64,000 nt of DNA from Eledone cirrhosa (lineage: Eukaryota). Of the stretch, positions 13,943 to 28,450 are shown piece after piece. The notes beneath the pieces were generated by a model. The model was not told the DNA's origin. It searched no databases and worked only from the letters and a program-made list of their open reading frames with translations. The first letter of the stretch is position 1. Each line of letters starts with the position of its first letter. Location: NCBI GenBank assembly GCA_964016885.1, contig OZ024745.1:24056001-24120000 (forward strand), read 5' to 3'. The translations under genes and the position numbers were made by a program.

Positions 13943-13995
<53 letters not shown>

Positions 13996-14000
13996 AGGGA
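13580..14000. repeat. (GA)n-derived minisatellite gagtaagagaaagaaagagaga
   Basis: About seven tandem units with variable (GA)n. Confidence 0.9.
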
Positions 14001-14023
14001 GACTGAGGTCAGTTTATCATATA

Positions 14024-14617
14024 CTAGTATTAAAGCCCGGCGTTGCTCGGGGTCAGTAAGTTACCAAAGTTAGGTTGCACCACCCATTTTATGGCAGCAC
14101 TTCTTTGTCTGCCAGGCACTGGGTGAATGAATTGCAGACCTGGACTGCCGAAGCAGGAGCTGCGCCAGCAGTGACAATTGTAGTTTCGCCTATGGATATT
14201 ATCTCTGTGCAAAGAAGTGTTGAAATTTATTGTTTCACAGTACTTGCGCAACACGCGCGTAGACGATGCCAGCCGAACAACAGAGCTGCGATGGAGTTGT
14301 TCTACATGGTTGTCTAATGTGTGTTTTCTAAATTTAAGACAGTAGGGAGGGGTGTGATATGGGGGAGAGTTAGCTGCTGTTTCTAGCCGGTTTAGTGACC
14401 TCATAGAGGATATTATTGTGTATAGTAAATGAACTGATACTTCTTTCTTCCACGTTCGTTGATAGATGTTTTAAAAAAGATTTATCGGTATTTTTTTTGT
14501 TGTTGAATAAATTTATCTGTTGCTTTTGAATAATTGTTGTTTCATATGAAATGTAATAAGTTCTCTTTGTCATTGAAGTAAATAAATGTTTGACCGTTCC
14601 ACACTCAAAAACAAACT

Positions 14618-14700
<83 letters not shown>

Positions 14701-14958
14701 GTTTGTAAGTTTAATCGTATATCAGAGAAAGTTCCAGCATGTATCGAATTTTAAGGGGAGTAGAGAGAGGTAATCAGATTCTATTAGAGGGGGTTAAAGC
14801 GTCATGTATTTAGTTTTATCGATTATTTCTGTAATTGTTGGTGAGTTTGAATGAAATAAATAGTTGTTGACCTAAGTTTACAACATTCTTACAGACTTTG
14901 AGTCGAATCGGTTTGAAATTGTGCAAATGTATAAACATGGAACACGCACACACACACA

Positions 14959-15042
<84 letters not shown>

Positions 15043-15062
15043 CTGCCTTTTATAGATAATGA
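14024..15062 (-). mobile_element. Non-autonomous Helitron
   Basis: Minus strand starts TCattatctataaaaggcag followed by (GTT)n/(GT)n, and ends with hairpin cccgagcaacgccggg then CTAG|T. Confidence 0.75.
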
Positions 15063-15213
15063 TCTATATGGTTACAGGTGTTGCACTCGTCGACCAGCAC
15101 AAATTATTCACAATTACGTGATGATAGATAAGGTCTACAAAGAAGAAAATACCCTCCCCATGCAAGTATTTCAGCCCTTTGCCTATTATTTCCAACTGCC
15201 CTGATAAATATAT

Positions 15214-15400
15214 ATAATTGTTTCTACTTTTGGGACAAGGCCAGCAATTATCCCAGTGTATTACTGGCACTTTATTTTATCGACCCCGTAAGGATGAAAA
15301 GCAAAGTTAACCTCGGTGGGATGTGAACTCAGACCGTAACGGGGCGTAACTCTATGCTGCAAAGCATTGCGTCAGACCCTCTACTGATACTGCCAATCCA
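15214..15400 (-). mobile_element. Meta/MESC-type SINE
   Basis: Near full-length reverse complement of the SINE consensus seen at 31706. Confidence 0.9.
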
Positions 15401-15457
15401 ACTATTGATATATATAAAGTTTGTTTTATGTAGTAGCTGAGTCTGTGTGTATGTGTG

Positions 15458-15593
15458 ACGTCCGAACCAGTATCCTCCACCTCCAAATATCTTACCCTCC
15501 AACTCTTCATCTCGATCGACAGGGTGGAGCATGCATTGCCCCCGAGGACGGCGAGGGAGAAGCGCTGGAACAGCCCCTTCCACAACTCTAGTT
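15458..15593 (-). pseudogene. Possible LINE (Tx1/L1-like) coding fragment
   Basis: GC-rich island; translates to ...VRYLEV / KIFG..YWFG, weakly like the post-RT YLGVWFG region. Confidence 0.3.
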
Positions 15594-15601
15594 TCACTTT
15601 T

Positions 15602-16208
15602 ATAATTGTTTCTACTTTTGGCACAAGGCCAGCAAATTACCCAGTACATTACTGGTACTTTATTATATCGACCCGATAAGGATGAAAGGCAAAGTTAACC
15701 TCGGCGGGATTTGAACTCAGAATGGCAAGAGCCGTAACTCTTTTGCTGCAAAGGACGGCGTCAGACCCTTTACCGATACTGCTTTCACGTATATAATGGT
15801 TTCTCATATAGGCACAAGGCCAGCAATTTTGGGGGAAGGGAAAGTCGATTAAATCGATCTCCAATGTGTGACTTTTTTTTATCGACCTCGTAAGGATGAA
15901 AGGGAAAGTTAACCTCGGCAGGATTTGAAATCAGACCATAAAAGGCCGTAATTCTTTTGCTGCAAAGCATGACGTCAGACCCTCTACCGATACTGCCAAT
16001 CCACCGCCTGGTTTCACGTATATAATTGTTTCTACGGTAGGCACAAGGCCAGCAATTACTCAGTGCATTACTGGTACTTTATTTTATCGACTCCGTAAGG
16101 ATGAAAAGCAAAGTTAACCTTGGCAGGATTTGAACTCAGAATGGCAAGGGCCGTAACTCTATACGTCAAAGCATGGCGTCCGACCCTCTACCAATACTGC
16201 CAATCCAC
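15602..16208 (-). mobile_element. Three head-to-tail Meta/MESC-type SINE copies
   Basis: Units at ~15602-15783, 15793-16008 and 16022-16208, each preceded by tttcac(g/t)t(a/t)tataat. Confidence 0.9.
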
Positions 16209-16536
16209 ATAATAACATCTAAATATATTTTACCAGGACTTTTAGTTTTGATAATTTAGTTATGTTCGCTTGTATGCGAAATTGGCTTATATTTTATCTA
16301 TATTTTAGAATGTTCTTCGTAATTTCCTGATTATTCAGCTTGCTGCTAAGTCCTCATCATATACGACTTTAATTTAATAGCATTAATAAACTTTGATATT
16401 TCCCATTTCTTTATATATCATCCAAATGTTGTTTGTTTATAGCGTGACTACTTTAATAATAAACGATTCTTTCATTGTACACCACCTTATACCCTACATT
16501 CCTGCTTAATTTAAACACAGACAGACATATATATAT

Positions 16537-16571
<35 letters not shown>

Positions 16572-16572
16572 A

Positions 16573-16658
<86 letters not shown>

Positions 16659-16972
16659 ATATATATATATACACACACATACATATATATATATATATGA
16701 TATATATATACATACATATACATATATATATGTGTAAGTATGTATATATATATTTCATTTGGGTTAATTTATTTTAATGTCTAATTACTGATAGATTACA
16801 GTTCATATTATCTTCTTGTACATGCTGCTTAACTCCGTGATATATTTAGATCTTCTCGTTAGTCTATAATTGATTATTTATCATATTTTGTGTAGCCCTG
16901 TCTAATTGCTTAAATATTTTTAGTTATTTGTTGATTCACATGCGCAAGTACATAAAATACCCGCGCACAAAG

Positions 16973-17006
<34 letters not shown>

Positions 17007-17008
<2 letters not shown>

Positions 17009-17551
17009 TAAAACATGTCTATAGAATCACCAGATAAAATATATACCATTTCCTCTCCCAATTAGCATAATCAACTATATAAAAAATCGAATAGACCAGG
17101 CTATAAGAATAAGGCTTCTATGAAGAAATCCCCAACAAATACTCGAAACTAGCCCTTCGCGTCGGCTGCGACGGAATATTTATTGAATATTTCGACAGTG
17201 TAATCGCCCAGATATACAGTTAATTAAACAGAATTAGGTGTAAAATAAACTAGGAGAAAAGAGAATACATTTATTTACCTCTACCATTGTTTCGTCCGCA
17301 TTTTGAGATTTCCAATATATTCGGAAATTCGAGCATCGGACTCTTCAGGAGTTTGCTCTAATCTAGACATTAAATTTTCCAAAGTGATCGCGCCGAGAAT
17401 ACATTCAAAATGGCTAAGAATCATGCCGTAGGAGCGGACAGGTTGGAAGGGGTGTGGTAGTTGCTTACAGCTGGTGGCTATTTGCTAGAAAGCACAGCAC
17501 AATACAGCCAAATTTGTATCTCAACCTAATGGGAGATTATTAGATATAAAG

Positions 17552-17590
<39 letters not shown>

Positions 17591-17700
17591 CGTGTTTTGC
17601 AACGGGTCACATTGTGGCTCAATGAAAAGTTAATAAATTAAATAATCAGAGCTATATATCATAAAACATGTCTATAGAATCACCAGATAAAACATATACC

Positions 17701-17704
<4 letters not shown>
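17007..17704 (-). mobile_element. Hammerhead-containing retrozyme-like element (family A, copy 1) with 45 bp terminal direct repeat, in (TA)n
   Basis: cataaaacatgtctatagaatcaccagataaaa(t/c)atataccattt at 17007-17051 and 17660-17704; colinear diverged homologue at 50586-51254. Confidence 0.85.
17277..17353 (-). ncRNA. Type I hammerhead ribozyme, extended stem II
   Basis: Minus strand reads AACUC CUGAAGA GUCCG..AUUUCCGA..UUGGAAAU..CGGAC GAAA C AAUG GUA GAGGU. Confidence 0.85.
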
Positions 17705-17766
<62 letters not shown>

Positions 17767-17917
17767 ATAGTAATAATAATAAATTTGAAGACTAAAATCC
17801 AGAGAGATAAGGATAAATATATATCAAATATATAAGAACCGTAGAGCAAATATTTATTAAAATAACAGACTAAAGTTTAAGCAAAGAATGGTGCTTTCCT
17901 TCTGTAACTCTCTCCCC

Positions 17918-18026
<109 letters not shown>

Positions 18027-18044
18027 TCTATGGACTTACTTTCT

Positions 18045-18091
<47 letters not shown>

Positions 18092-18142
18092 ATAATGAAA
18101 TGACATGAGGCTGGACTTGTGTAAATCCTTGAAAGGTTTATT

Positions 18143-18200
18143 ATACTATGATCATTTCAATGACCGGGTTCCGTATGAATCCGATGATATCATCAGGTAT
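18143..18200 (-). ncRNA. Type I hammerhead ribozyme in a ~180 bp island between (TA)n tracts
   Basis: Minus strand reads AUAC CUGAUGA UAUCAUCGGAUUC AUACG GAACCCGGUCAUU GAAA U GAUC AUA GUAU; palindromic stem III AUGAUCAU. Confidence 0.75.
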
Positions 18201-18264
18201 TCGAAATATAATAAGTGAATGTAATAAATAAAATCCATGGGGCTGAAAATCACTTTACTTATTA

Positions 18265-18296
<32 letters not shown>

Positions 18297-18299
18297 TAA

Positions 18300-18530
18300 T
18301 AAGTTTTAATATAGATGAGATTCTACAGGACTAGAACTGTTTCATTCTTTAGAAATCATCAGGAATCTGGCTTTCCAAAAATAAATGTAGTGGTATTTAT
18401 ATTTTTTCAGGTGGTAGGAGAGGGTGGGGAGTGGGATGGGTGTAGGTCATTGGTTGAAAGAAAAGGGAATTCATTAAAAGCTAATTCTTTAAGTCTATAG
18501 TTTATATTTAGAGTGACAAAGGCAGAACTC
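18300..18530 (-). mobile_element. Hammerhead-containing repeat (family B)
   Basis: Reverse-complement homologue of ~52495-52703; ends at (TA)n just 3' of the HHR. Confidence 0.75.
18318..18368 (-). ncRNA. Minimal type I hammerhead ribozyme
   Basis: Minus strand reads AGAUUC CUGAUGA UUUC UAAA GAAU GAAA CAG UUCUAGUC CU GUA GAAUCU; 6 bp stem I, 4 bp stem III. Confidence 0.8.
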
Positions 18531-18560
18531 CGATTGAACCCGGAATAACTTACCTATATA

Positions 18561-18621
<61 letters not shown>

Positions 18622-19139
18622 ATTTATATTCACACACGAAGGATGCTGAACGAAATGGGAGAAGGTGATATTGAATATATGATGACGTATAGAATGAGAC
18701 ATATAAATGGAAGCAGTACAGTTAATATTTGATGCTAGTGAGGTGGTTTCGTGTCTCAGCGCTTGTTGCGTGTAACTACTCGTTGAAAAGGGTGTCTGAG
18801 GTGCTATCTCTGTATTGTCGGGAGTTTTCATGATGTTAGAATGTATTTTTGTGGCGTGGGTGCCATGATTGCATAAATAGACCTTGGTATTGAGGCAGTT
18901 GGTGAAGTAAGTATTTTCTTTTTGACTATGCTATTTCTTGGCCGTGTATTATCGACATTTTTTTTTAGCCGGAGGAATAAGTTCGGAATCTTTCAGGTAT
19001 TACTTTCAGTGTTCACATGTAATTGGTGAGCTCGGTATGATTTCTCTTATCTGGGTGTTTGAGAGTAGAATTGTTGCATAGGAAGCTGTGTTTAAACCTG
19101 CCTTCTCACGTTCCCACTTATGTCTTAATTCTGCAGGCT

Positions 19140-19400
19140 TATTTTGCAAAGCTGAGGTGACTTCATTTCCTTATATCACAGACTCCCCATTGCATGCTTG
19201 GTTAAGTGGGTACAATTCGTATTTACAACACAGTGTTAATAGTTGAGGGTCTTTGTCGGAAATATATAATTTTACACTTTCGAGTGTAAACCGATTTTGA
19301 TACATCTATTGAAGACCTTCCTATATTTATGCCCAAAAGTGGAGTGTTTCCCTTGTAGAGATAAACATTTTACCTTTGTTAGATTGGGCATTAAGGAAGA
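19140..19400 (-). pseudogene. Decayed Penelope-like element ORF (RT-to-GIY-YIG linker region)
   Basis: Translates to SNKGKMF..HF..HKYRKVFN and CCKYELYPLNQACNGESVI*GNEVTS, resembling the PLE motifs TNIGK.F..KHF and CxC..CPLxxxC..SVIY.A.VT. Confidence 0.5.
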
Positions 19401-19559
19401 AGGGGGTTTAAGTTATAACACTGGTTTCTGATTTAGGCACAAGCCAGCAATTTGGGGTGAAGTGGAGGTCGATTTTATTGTTCCCAGTACATGACTGGTA
19501 CAGTATTTTATTGAACCCAAAAAGATGATAGGCAATGTTAACCGGAGATAGTTGTAAAG

Positions 19560-19613
<54 letters not shown>

Positions 19614-19614
<1 letters not shown>

Positions 19615-19717
19615 GGTAAACAGAAATAACAGCACAATCAGTACAGTAAATGGAAGGTATATATTAGGTTAACGCTTCCATATACTGTACCGATTGTGTT
19701 GTTATTTCTGTTTACCT
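19614..19717. repeat. ~104 bp fold-back hairpin (MITE-like)
   Basis: aggtaaacagaaataacagcacaatcagtacagtaaatggaag / cttccatatactgtaccgattgtgttgttatttctgtttacct. Confidence 0.85.
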
Positions 19718-19728
19718 TTTACATAAAT

Positions 19729-19761
<33 letters not shown>

Positions 19762-19782
19762 AATACACACACATACACACAG

Positions 19783-19826
<44 letters not shown>

Positions 19827-19870
19827 CTGTGTGTATTTATATATATATACATATATACATACATACACAC

Positions 19871-19905
<35 letters not shown>

Positions 19906-19916
19906 CATACATACAT

Positions 19917-20001
<85 letters not shown>

Positions 20002-20364
20002 TATATATATATACATACATATATACGCAAGCCAATGTATGCTTAGATTTGTCAATGAATGTGAAGTTGTCAACGTATAAGAAAAGATTCCTATGAGGAC
20101 GTTTATGAATGTATAATTAAAAGCCTTTACAGACGCACTGTGTGTGCGCATGTGCATAGGCCTGGGCGTGACGTGGGAAGGAAGTCTCTTTCTGTAGCGT
20201 ATGTCTAACGCACTGAATCCACACTACTGTGAACGGTGGAATATATACATAAACATATACACTCACACACACAAATATATATACATACACACACATAGAT
20301 ATATATACACATATATATATATATGTATATGTATATATATATGTATATATATATATATTATATA

Positions 20365-20575
<211 letters not shown>

Positions 20576-20885
20576 AAATACATTTCTGGTTGTCTTTGGA
20601 AGAGCCTTATGTGTGTATATGTGTTTGTGTATAGTATGTGTTGTATTTGTTTCTAAGTGTGTATGTGTGTATGTGTGTATGCGTATATCTGTGATTGTGT
20701 GTGTCTGTGTGGATGTGTGGATGTGTACCTTATGGCATGTATGTGTATGTGTTTACATATAAATCTAGGTGTGCGGGCGTGGTGACTATGTATATTGTCG
20801 AATGTATTTGTAATGTGTGTATATGTTTTTGCTTGTCTGGATGTGTATGCTCGTGCACCTTGTATGTCTATGTGATGGCATATAA

Positions 20886-20976
<91 letters not shown>

Positions 20977-21710
20977 TGTTTGTGTGTATGTGTGGCTATG
21001 TGTGGCTATGTGCATTGTGGAATGTATGTATACAGTGTATATACGTCTGTGTGTGTGTGTGTGAGTGAGTGTATGTGTGTGAGTGTGTGTGTCTGTGTGT
21101 GAGTGTGAATGTATGTGTGAGACTGAATATGTGTGTGGTGTGTGTGCGTGGGTATGTGTGTGGGTATATATGTGAGAGTGTATGTGTGGCTATGTGCATT
21201 GTGGAATGTATGCATACAGTGTATATATGTGTGTGTGAGTGTATGTGTGTGAGTGAATGTGTGTGTATGTGTGTGGTGTGTGTGCGTGTGTATATGTGTC
21301 TGTATATATGTGAGAGTGTATGTGTGTGAGTGTGTGTGTCTCTGTGTGAGTGTATGTGTGTGTATGTGAGTGGTGTGTGCGCGTGTGTATGTGTGTGTGT
21401 TTGTGTATACGTGTGAGTGTATGCGTGTGAGTGTGTTTGCCTGTGTAGCTTGTGCCTATATGTCTATATGTTTGCATATATGTGTATGCGTGTGAGTGTG
21501 TGTTTCTGGCTATGTAGACAGTGGAATGTATGTGTAGTGTGTACAAGTTGGAAGCATTATTGCAGGTGACTGACTTCCGTCCCTTAACACTTCACGAAGT
21601 TACCCTTCTGCCCTAAAGTGATTAATTTTTCTGCTTAAGAAAACCCACCTCATTAACATGATAGAATATTCTGCCAAACGACGGCGACTAACATCTTACT
21701 ACCAATGGCT

Positions 21711-21780
<70 letters not shown>

Positions 21781-22296
21781 CACACACACACACAGACACA
21801 CACACATACACACACATATACACACACTCACACACATACACACACATACACACACTCAGACACACACATACTCACACATATACACACACTCGCATACACA
21901 CACACACACACACTTATACACACACACACACACATATACACACACATATACACACACTCACACACATACACACACTCACACACATAATCACACACATACA
22001 CACACTCACATACACACACACATACACACACATACACACACACGCACACACATACACACACACGCACACACATACACATACATACACACACTCACACACA
22101 CATACGCACATACACACTCACACACACACATCAACTAACACATACACCTTCACACGCTCGTACACACACACACACACATACAATCATATATGTACATACT
22201 CGGATAGACATATACATATATATTAGTAGAAGACTTCAACACATCCCCGCCACACATGTATGTATGTGTGTGTACGAATACACATACACACACATA

Positions 22297-22339
<43 letters not shown>

Positions 22340-22371
22340 CCAACATAAGAGCAAGAATGAAGTATATATAT

Positions 22372-22423
<52 letters not shown>

Positions 22424-22497
22424 GTATATATACATATATATAAATATATACACATATATGTGTGTGTGTACATGTATATATATGTATATATATATAC

Positions 22498-22557
<60 letters not shown>

Positions 22558-22613
22558 CGTATATATACATATATATAAATATATACACATATATGTGTGT
22601 GTGTACATGTATA

Positions 22614-22747
<134 letters not shown>

Positions 22748-22748
22748 G

Positions 22749-22877
<129 letters not shown>

Positions 22878-23310
22878 GTTTGCGTGTGTCGCTATATTCC
22901 TGTTTATTCATGAAAATGTGTCCATCGGCGTCTATTTGCGCGCCCGTGTGTATGTTAGTATACATATATATTTATATATGTATGTGTGTGTGTTTGTGTA
23001 AACACACAAGCACTCATAACCACACACATTCCTCCCCACCTTTACATATATACATATATGTGTGTATGTCTGTGTGTGTGTGTCTGTATATGCTAGTGTG
23101 TGTGTGTATATGCAAACGTATTTAATAATAGAGATAAAGAGAAAGGGGTGATGTAAAGTGGTGAGTAGAGAAGAAACATATTGGGCGAGCAAAGAACGGG
23201 AAATCACTTGACGGATGTCTATCTGACATAGTAATAACTCCTGATTTACTCCCCTTGGCTTTCCTCTCTAACCCCCCCCCCTTCTCTTTCTCTCTTTGTA
23301 TCTCTGCATG

Positions 23311-23446
<136 letters not shown>

Positions 23447-23463
23447 CTGTATATATATATAAT

Positions 23464-23497
<34 letters not shown>

Positions 23498-23553
23498 GAA
23501 AGGAATAGAAATTGTTTTACCGAGAAGCTAACAGTATTCCATAACAATATATA

Positions 23554-23633
<80 letters not shown>

Positions 23634-23730
23634 CGCATACATATATATATATACACATACATATATATATATGTGTGCGTATCTGTCTCTGTATATATAC
23701 ATACATATATATACACACACACACGTACAA

Positions 23731-23827
<97 letters not shown>

Positions 23828-24597
23828 AATATTTATATATCAATCAATCTATCTATCTTTGTGTGCACAGAGATAGATAGATAGCAAGGTAGATAGAGAA
23901 AGACAGACAGATAGATAGATACATATATATATATATAGATAGATAGATAGATAGAAACTATTATTCTGTCTGTGGTTTCAGTTATTAGATAGCACCCATG
24001 CTGTGAAACAGTTTTCAAAATGTTTCTTTACTCATATCGACCCTAATACATATTTTAGTCTGATATTTATTTTATCGATCTGTATTTGTCAAACTGCTAT
24101 TTTATGGAACACTTAGGCAGCCAGCATAAATAATAGCTTCATATTTTCTTATAACAAAAAACGGGAGTAAAATGATGACGATGGACGTGAGTGTGAGTAT
24201 TCAATACCGAAGTAGAGTTTAAATATTCCTTTGTTATACTGGCTTATCAGCAGGGCTTTGAGAAAACCCCATCAGTAACCCGCCCGTGGCATATCACACA
24301 ATGGAAACTGTACGAGTAATTTTTTTCATTTAATTTTTATTCATGTAATTTTTATTCATGTAATTTTCTGTTCATATAATAGCTTTCTGACAAAGTCATC
24401 ACTGTTACATAACTGTTACCATCGAAATATGTATAACTGTAATTATGTAATCAATAAAATGAGTCTAACTTATTGGCTTCTACTTCATTGGTTATACCAA
24501 TATTCTGGAGTACATAGACCTACATGTATCCTTCGCCGAGTGCTCTATCCTGCGTACACTAGTATTGGTTGATTAACTAACATAAAAATATACCCAG

Positions 24598-24646
<49 letters not shown>

Positions 24647-25217
24647 TAGTCCTGTAGAAGCCTTTCAATATATATATATATTAATTTGAACAATGTCAGT
24701 ATTCCGTCATAATTCTCGATTATCATTGGTTCATAGGTTTCGAACGACTCTGCCCACCTCAACAACGCCAAACTTAAATTAATATGCATAATGCCAATGA
24801 GGGAGTGAGAGGGGAGAGAGAGAGAGAGGCAAAGTGAACATTGTGTTTGGATACACTATGTATATGTGTCAGTGTAGAGACATGTGTGTGTGTGTGGAAA
24901 TAAGAGGGGAAGGAAAGCAATAACTATTAACATGTGTGCGTGTGTATGTACCTGCGCGTATCTTTATGTGTGTGCGCGTGCGTGCAGCGTTCCAGAGAAA
25001 GTAAAAACTATCAGCATGTGTGAGTGTGAGCGTGTGTGTAAGTTTGTGTGCGTGTGCGCGTTTCCATGCGTGTATGTGTGTGTACGTGCAGCATCCCACA
25101 ATCGCCACGCAGTTTATCTGTCTGTGTGCCTGTCTGTTAGTCTAACATACACAGAGTTGTGAAGGGAGTAAATAGGGACCTTTTTTTTACATTGACGGAC
25201 ATCTTTTATATTAATTA

Positions 25218-25732
<515 letters not shown>

Positions 25733-25811
25733 TATATATATATATATAGAGAGAGAGAGGGAGAGAGAGAGATAGAGAGATAGATAGATAGATATATAGA
25801 TAGATAGATAT

Positions 25812-26790
25812 CTTTCTTTCTTTATTTGCTAAAGGGGCGTACAAAATTGGGACATTACAAGACGTGACGGCGGGGTTTTTACATAAAAATAACTTTAACA
25901 TTAATAAATAACAATAAACTATATATATAATAAAATAACAAATGAAATCCCCAATAGGGGGAACGTTACTGCAGGGTTGTTTTACACCCCGAAGGATAGA
26001 CAACCCTCAACACCAGGAACACGTTTTGTAGGTGTTCCTGTCTTCCCTCTGTTTATCTTCCACAACCTACAGGTTTATATACAGAGAAGGCCCATTCACT
26101 CGGGCAACTTTCGCCAAATTCACCCACCTTTCAGTGAATTTACTGTGGTGTAGCACCTCTCTCTCAACTCTCACCTCCCTTCTGAAGTGATACTTAAAGA
26201 AGGGGATAAGTTGTTGTCCGGAGAGAAAGGTGTTTGCCCTCAGTCCCTTATTACCTCTTTCGCCATAGCCACCAGACAGAGGAAACCTGCCTCTCCTTCA
26301 TTCTTAAATGAAGGCGGCGGGGTGATCTTTACGATGGACTCGGCTGACAACTGGATGCATCCCACACGTGACAGTAGCTGTTCGACATAATTCCACAGGT
26401 CGGTCACCCCTGGGCACTGAACATTGCGTGCAGAACGGTTTCGATGTCCAGCTCGCATCTTGGACAGGTCCTTTTGGAAGGATCTCTGCCAGGGCGTCCG
26501 TGCCTGTAGATTTTGTCTCGAACTAGTAGAGCTCCTCGATAGCACTGCCAGGCCAGAGACCTCTGGAAGTTATCCATAGGCTCTGGACGGAAAGTCCTCC
26601 CGAACAGATTGGTCAGTTCGTCCTCCTCGATGCCTAGAGTTTCCCAGAGAACGTCGTCGCACTTATCCTCCACTAATCTCCTATCGAATGTCGAAGTGGA
26701 GTCTCCGCTGATTACCGTTTCCGCTTGGTAGAGGGCTGTGAGCGCCTGTAGGCACAGATTCCGAGTTGATTCGGGGGTAACCACATCAAG
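25812..26790 (-). mobile_element. 5'-truncated Tx1/L1-like LINE 3' end (zf-RVT region, frameshifted)
   Basis: FQRSLAWQCYRGAL..CPRC..ETVLHAMF/QCP..LW CCHC motif split across ORFs 26404-26802 and 26240-26545; aataaag then microsatellite tail. Confidence 0.85.
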
Positions 26791-27182
26791 TAATGTATTC
26801 AATACATGTGCAGAATATTATTTCATGCGCATGAAACAGTTCTAGTCCCGGAGACGCGTTTCTATATAAACCTCTCTCTCTGTATATATACCTATATATG
26901 TGTGTGTGTATATGTGTATGTGTGTGTCTCCCGGGCTTAACCTTAGTAAAGTTCTCTGTCTCATTAAATCGACTCCATCTATCACCCAAAATTGTGGCTC
27001 TATCTTTATTAATATTTATTGTTGTTATAATTGTTATATTTACTGCCGAAAGACCTGTTTGATAAGTTATATTTGTTTTGTTTTTCTGACGTAAGTTAAA
27101 TGCTTTATGTTTAATATGCTGTGGTTATACCAAAATATTAAAGAGAGCTTAATTTTATATCCCCCCGCACACCACCAACAAC

Positions 27183-27183
<1 letters not shown>

Positions 27184-27213
<30 letters not shown>

Positions 27214-27490
27214 CTTCTTCTTCTTCTTCTTCTTCTTCTTCTTCTTCTTCTTCTTCTTCTTCTTCTTCTTCTTCTTCTTCTTCTTCTTCTTCTTCTTCTT
27301 CTTCGTCTTGTGGGTCGTAGGGGCAGAGTCCCCAAACATTCCTTCCAGTGGATCTTGTCAGAAGCAACCATCTCCAACTTATCCTGCTGGATCCTCAAGC
27401 GAGACCAGCCGAACTCATGGCTGTTATCCAACCAACTTGCTCACGGTCTACTCCTGGGTCTCCTGACAACCAATCTAAGAAAATTTTGTT
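27184..27490 (-). mobile_element. RTE/Expander-like LINE 3' end with (GAA)n tail
   Basis: RRPRSRP*ASWLDN..GWSRLRIQQDKLEMVASDKIHWKECLGTLPLRP followed by (GAA)n. Confidence 0.75.
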
Positions 27491-28298
27491 AATTTCAATT
27501 CATTTCTATCGTTACTGCAACATTACAGAAATTCATTTCAAGACATTCACAGAGCTAGTTTTCTACAATAATCATAGCTAACCTCTGTCTGAGGAAGGAA
27601 GAGTTAAGAAGGATCATTTAAATATTGTGATTAGCTGTTAAAATAGCAGTAATATTGTCTACTTTAGCATTAAGACTTACAACATTCAACATTAATTACA
27701 AGAAGAATAATAACAAAATCTAGAAGAGAATCGGTAATAGCAATGCAGAGGATTACAAAAACAAACGGTGATGCTAGTGATGCCAACAAAATCAGCAAAA
27801 TAGCAGCAATGGACTGTGTGGAGAAGTAGAGGCAAATGTAATTACTTTCAGAAGAATATCCCACAAGATATGTTGATTTGAAACCCCGCTGAGAAGAAAT
27901 TTCGAAGATATTATTGAATATCACAGGTAACACATAAACTATATGAGAAGGAGAGTTTTTTTTTAATTAGTGAACTTAATTATTCACTCCAAGTAACACA
28001 CAAATAGATATCACCAGTAAAATACTGTGATCGGAAATTGGCAGAATCTGAAGAATGCCAGCTAAAATGCCTCGGGCTAATTACTTATAGCCCTTCACAT
28101 TCTGAAATCGATACTACTGAAGTACACATCACCAAAATACTTCTGGGTATCGACAAAATAAAGGACCAATCAAATCCCGAATTCGCTTAATCGATTTTAC
28201 CCAAGACATAAAATATATGGTTTGGAGACAAATTTTGAATTATCTTTTCGGTGTCAACAAAATAAGCACCAGTCAAACACAGAAATCGATTTAATCGT

Positions 28299-28450
28299 GA
28301 AGGAACATGGCTTAGTGGTTAGAGCTTGCAATCGTGAGATTGTGAGTTCGATTCCTGGACCTGCTGATGCGCTGTGTCCTTGAGCAAGACACTTTATTTC
28401 ACGTTGCTCCAGTTCACACAGTTGTAGAAATGAGTTGGGACGTTGCTGGT
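28299..28450 (+). mobile_element. Second tRNA-derived SINE family
   Basis: tggcttagtggttagag A box, gagttcgattcc B box, body tccttgagcaagacactttatttcacgttgctccag; homologues at 56551 and 51998 (head only). Confidence 0.8.

Noticed and set aside
26820-26860. atgaaacagttctagtcc matching the family B HHR 3' half
   Set aside because: No CUGANGA upstream and no cleavage triplet; at most a fragment
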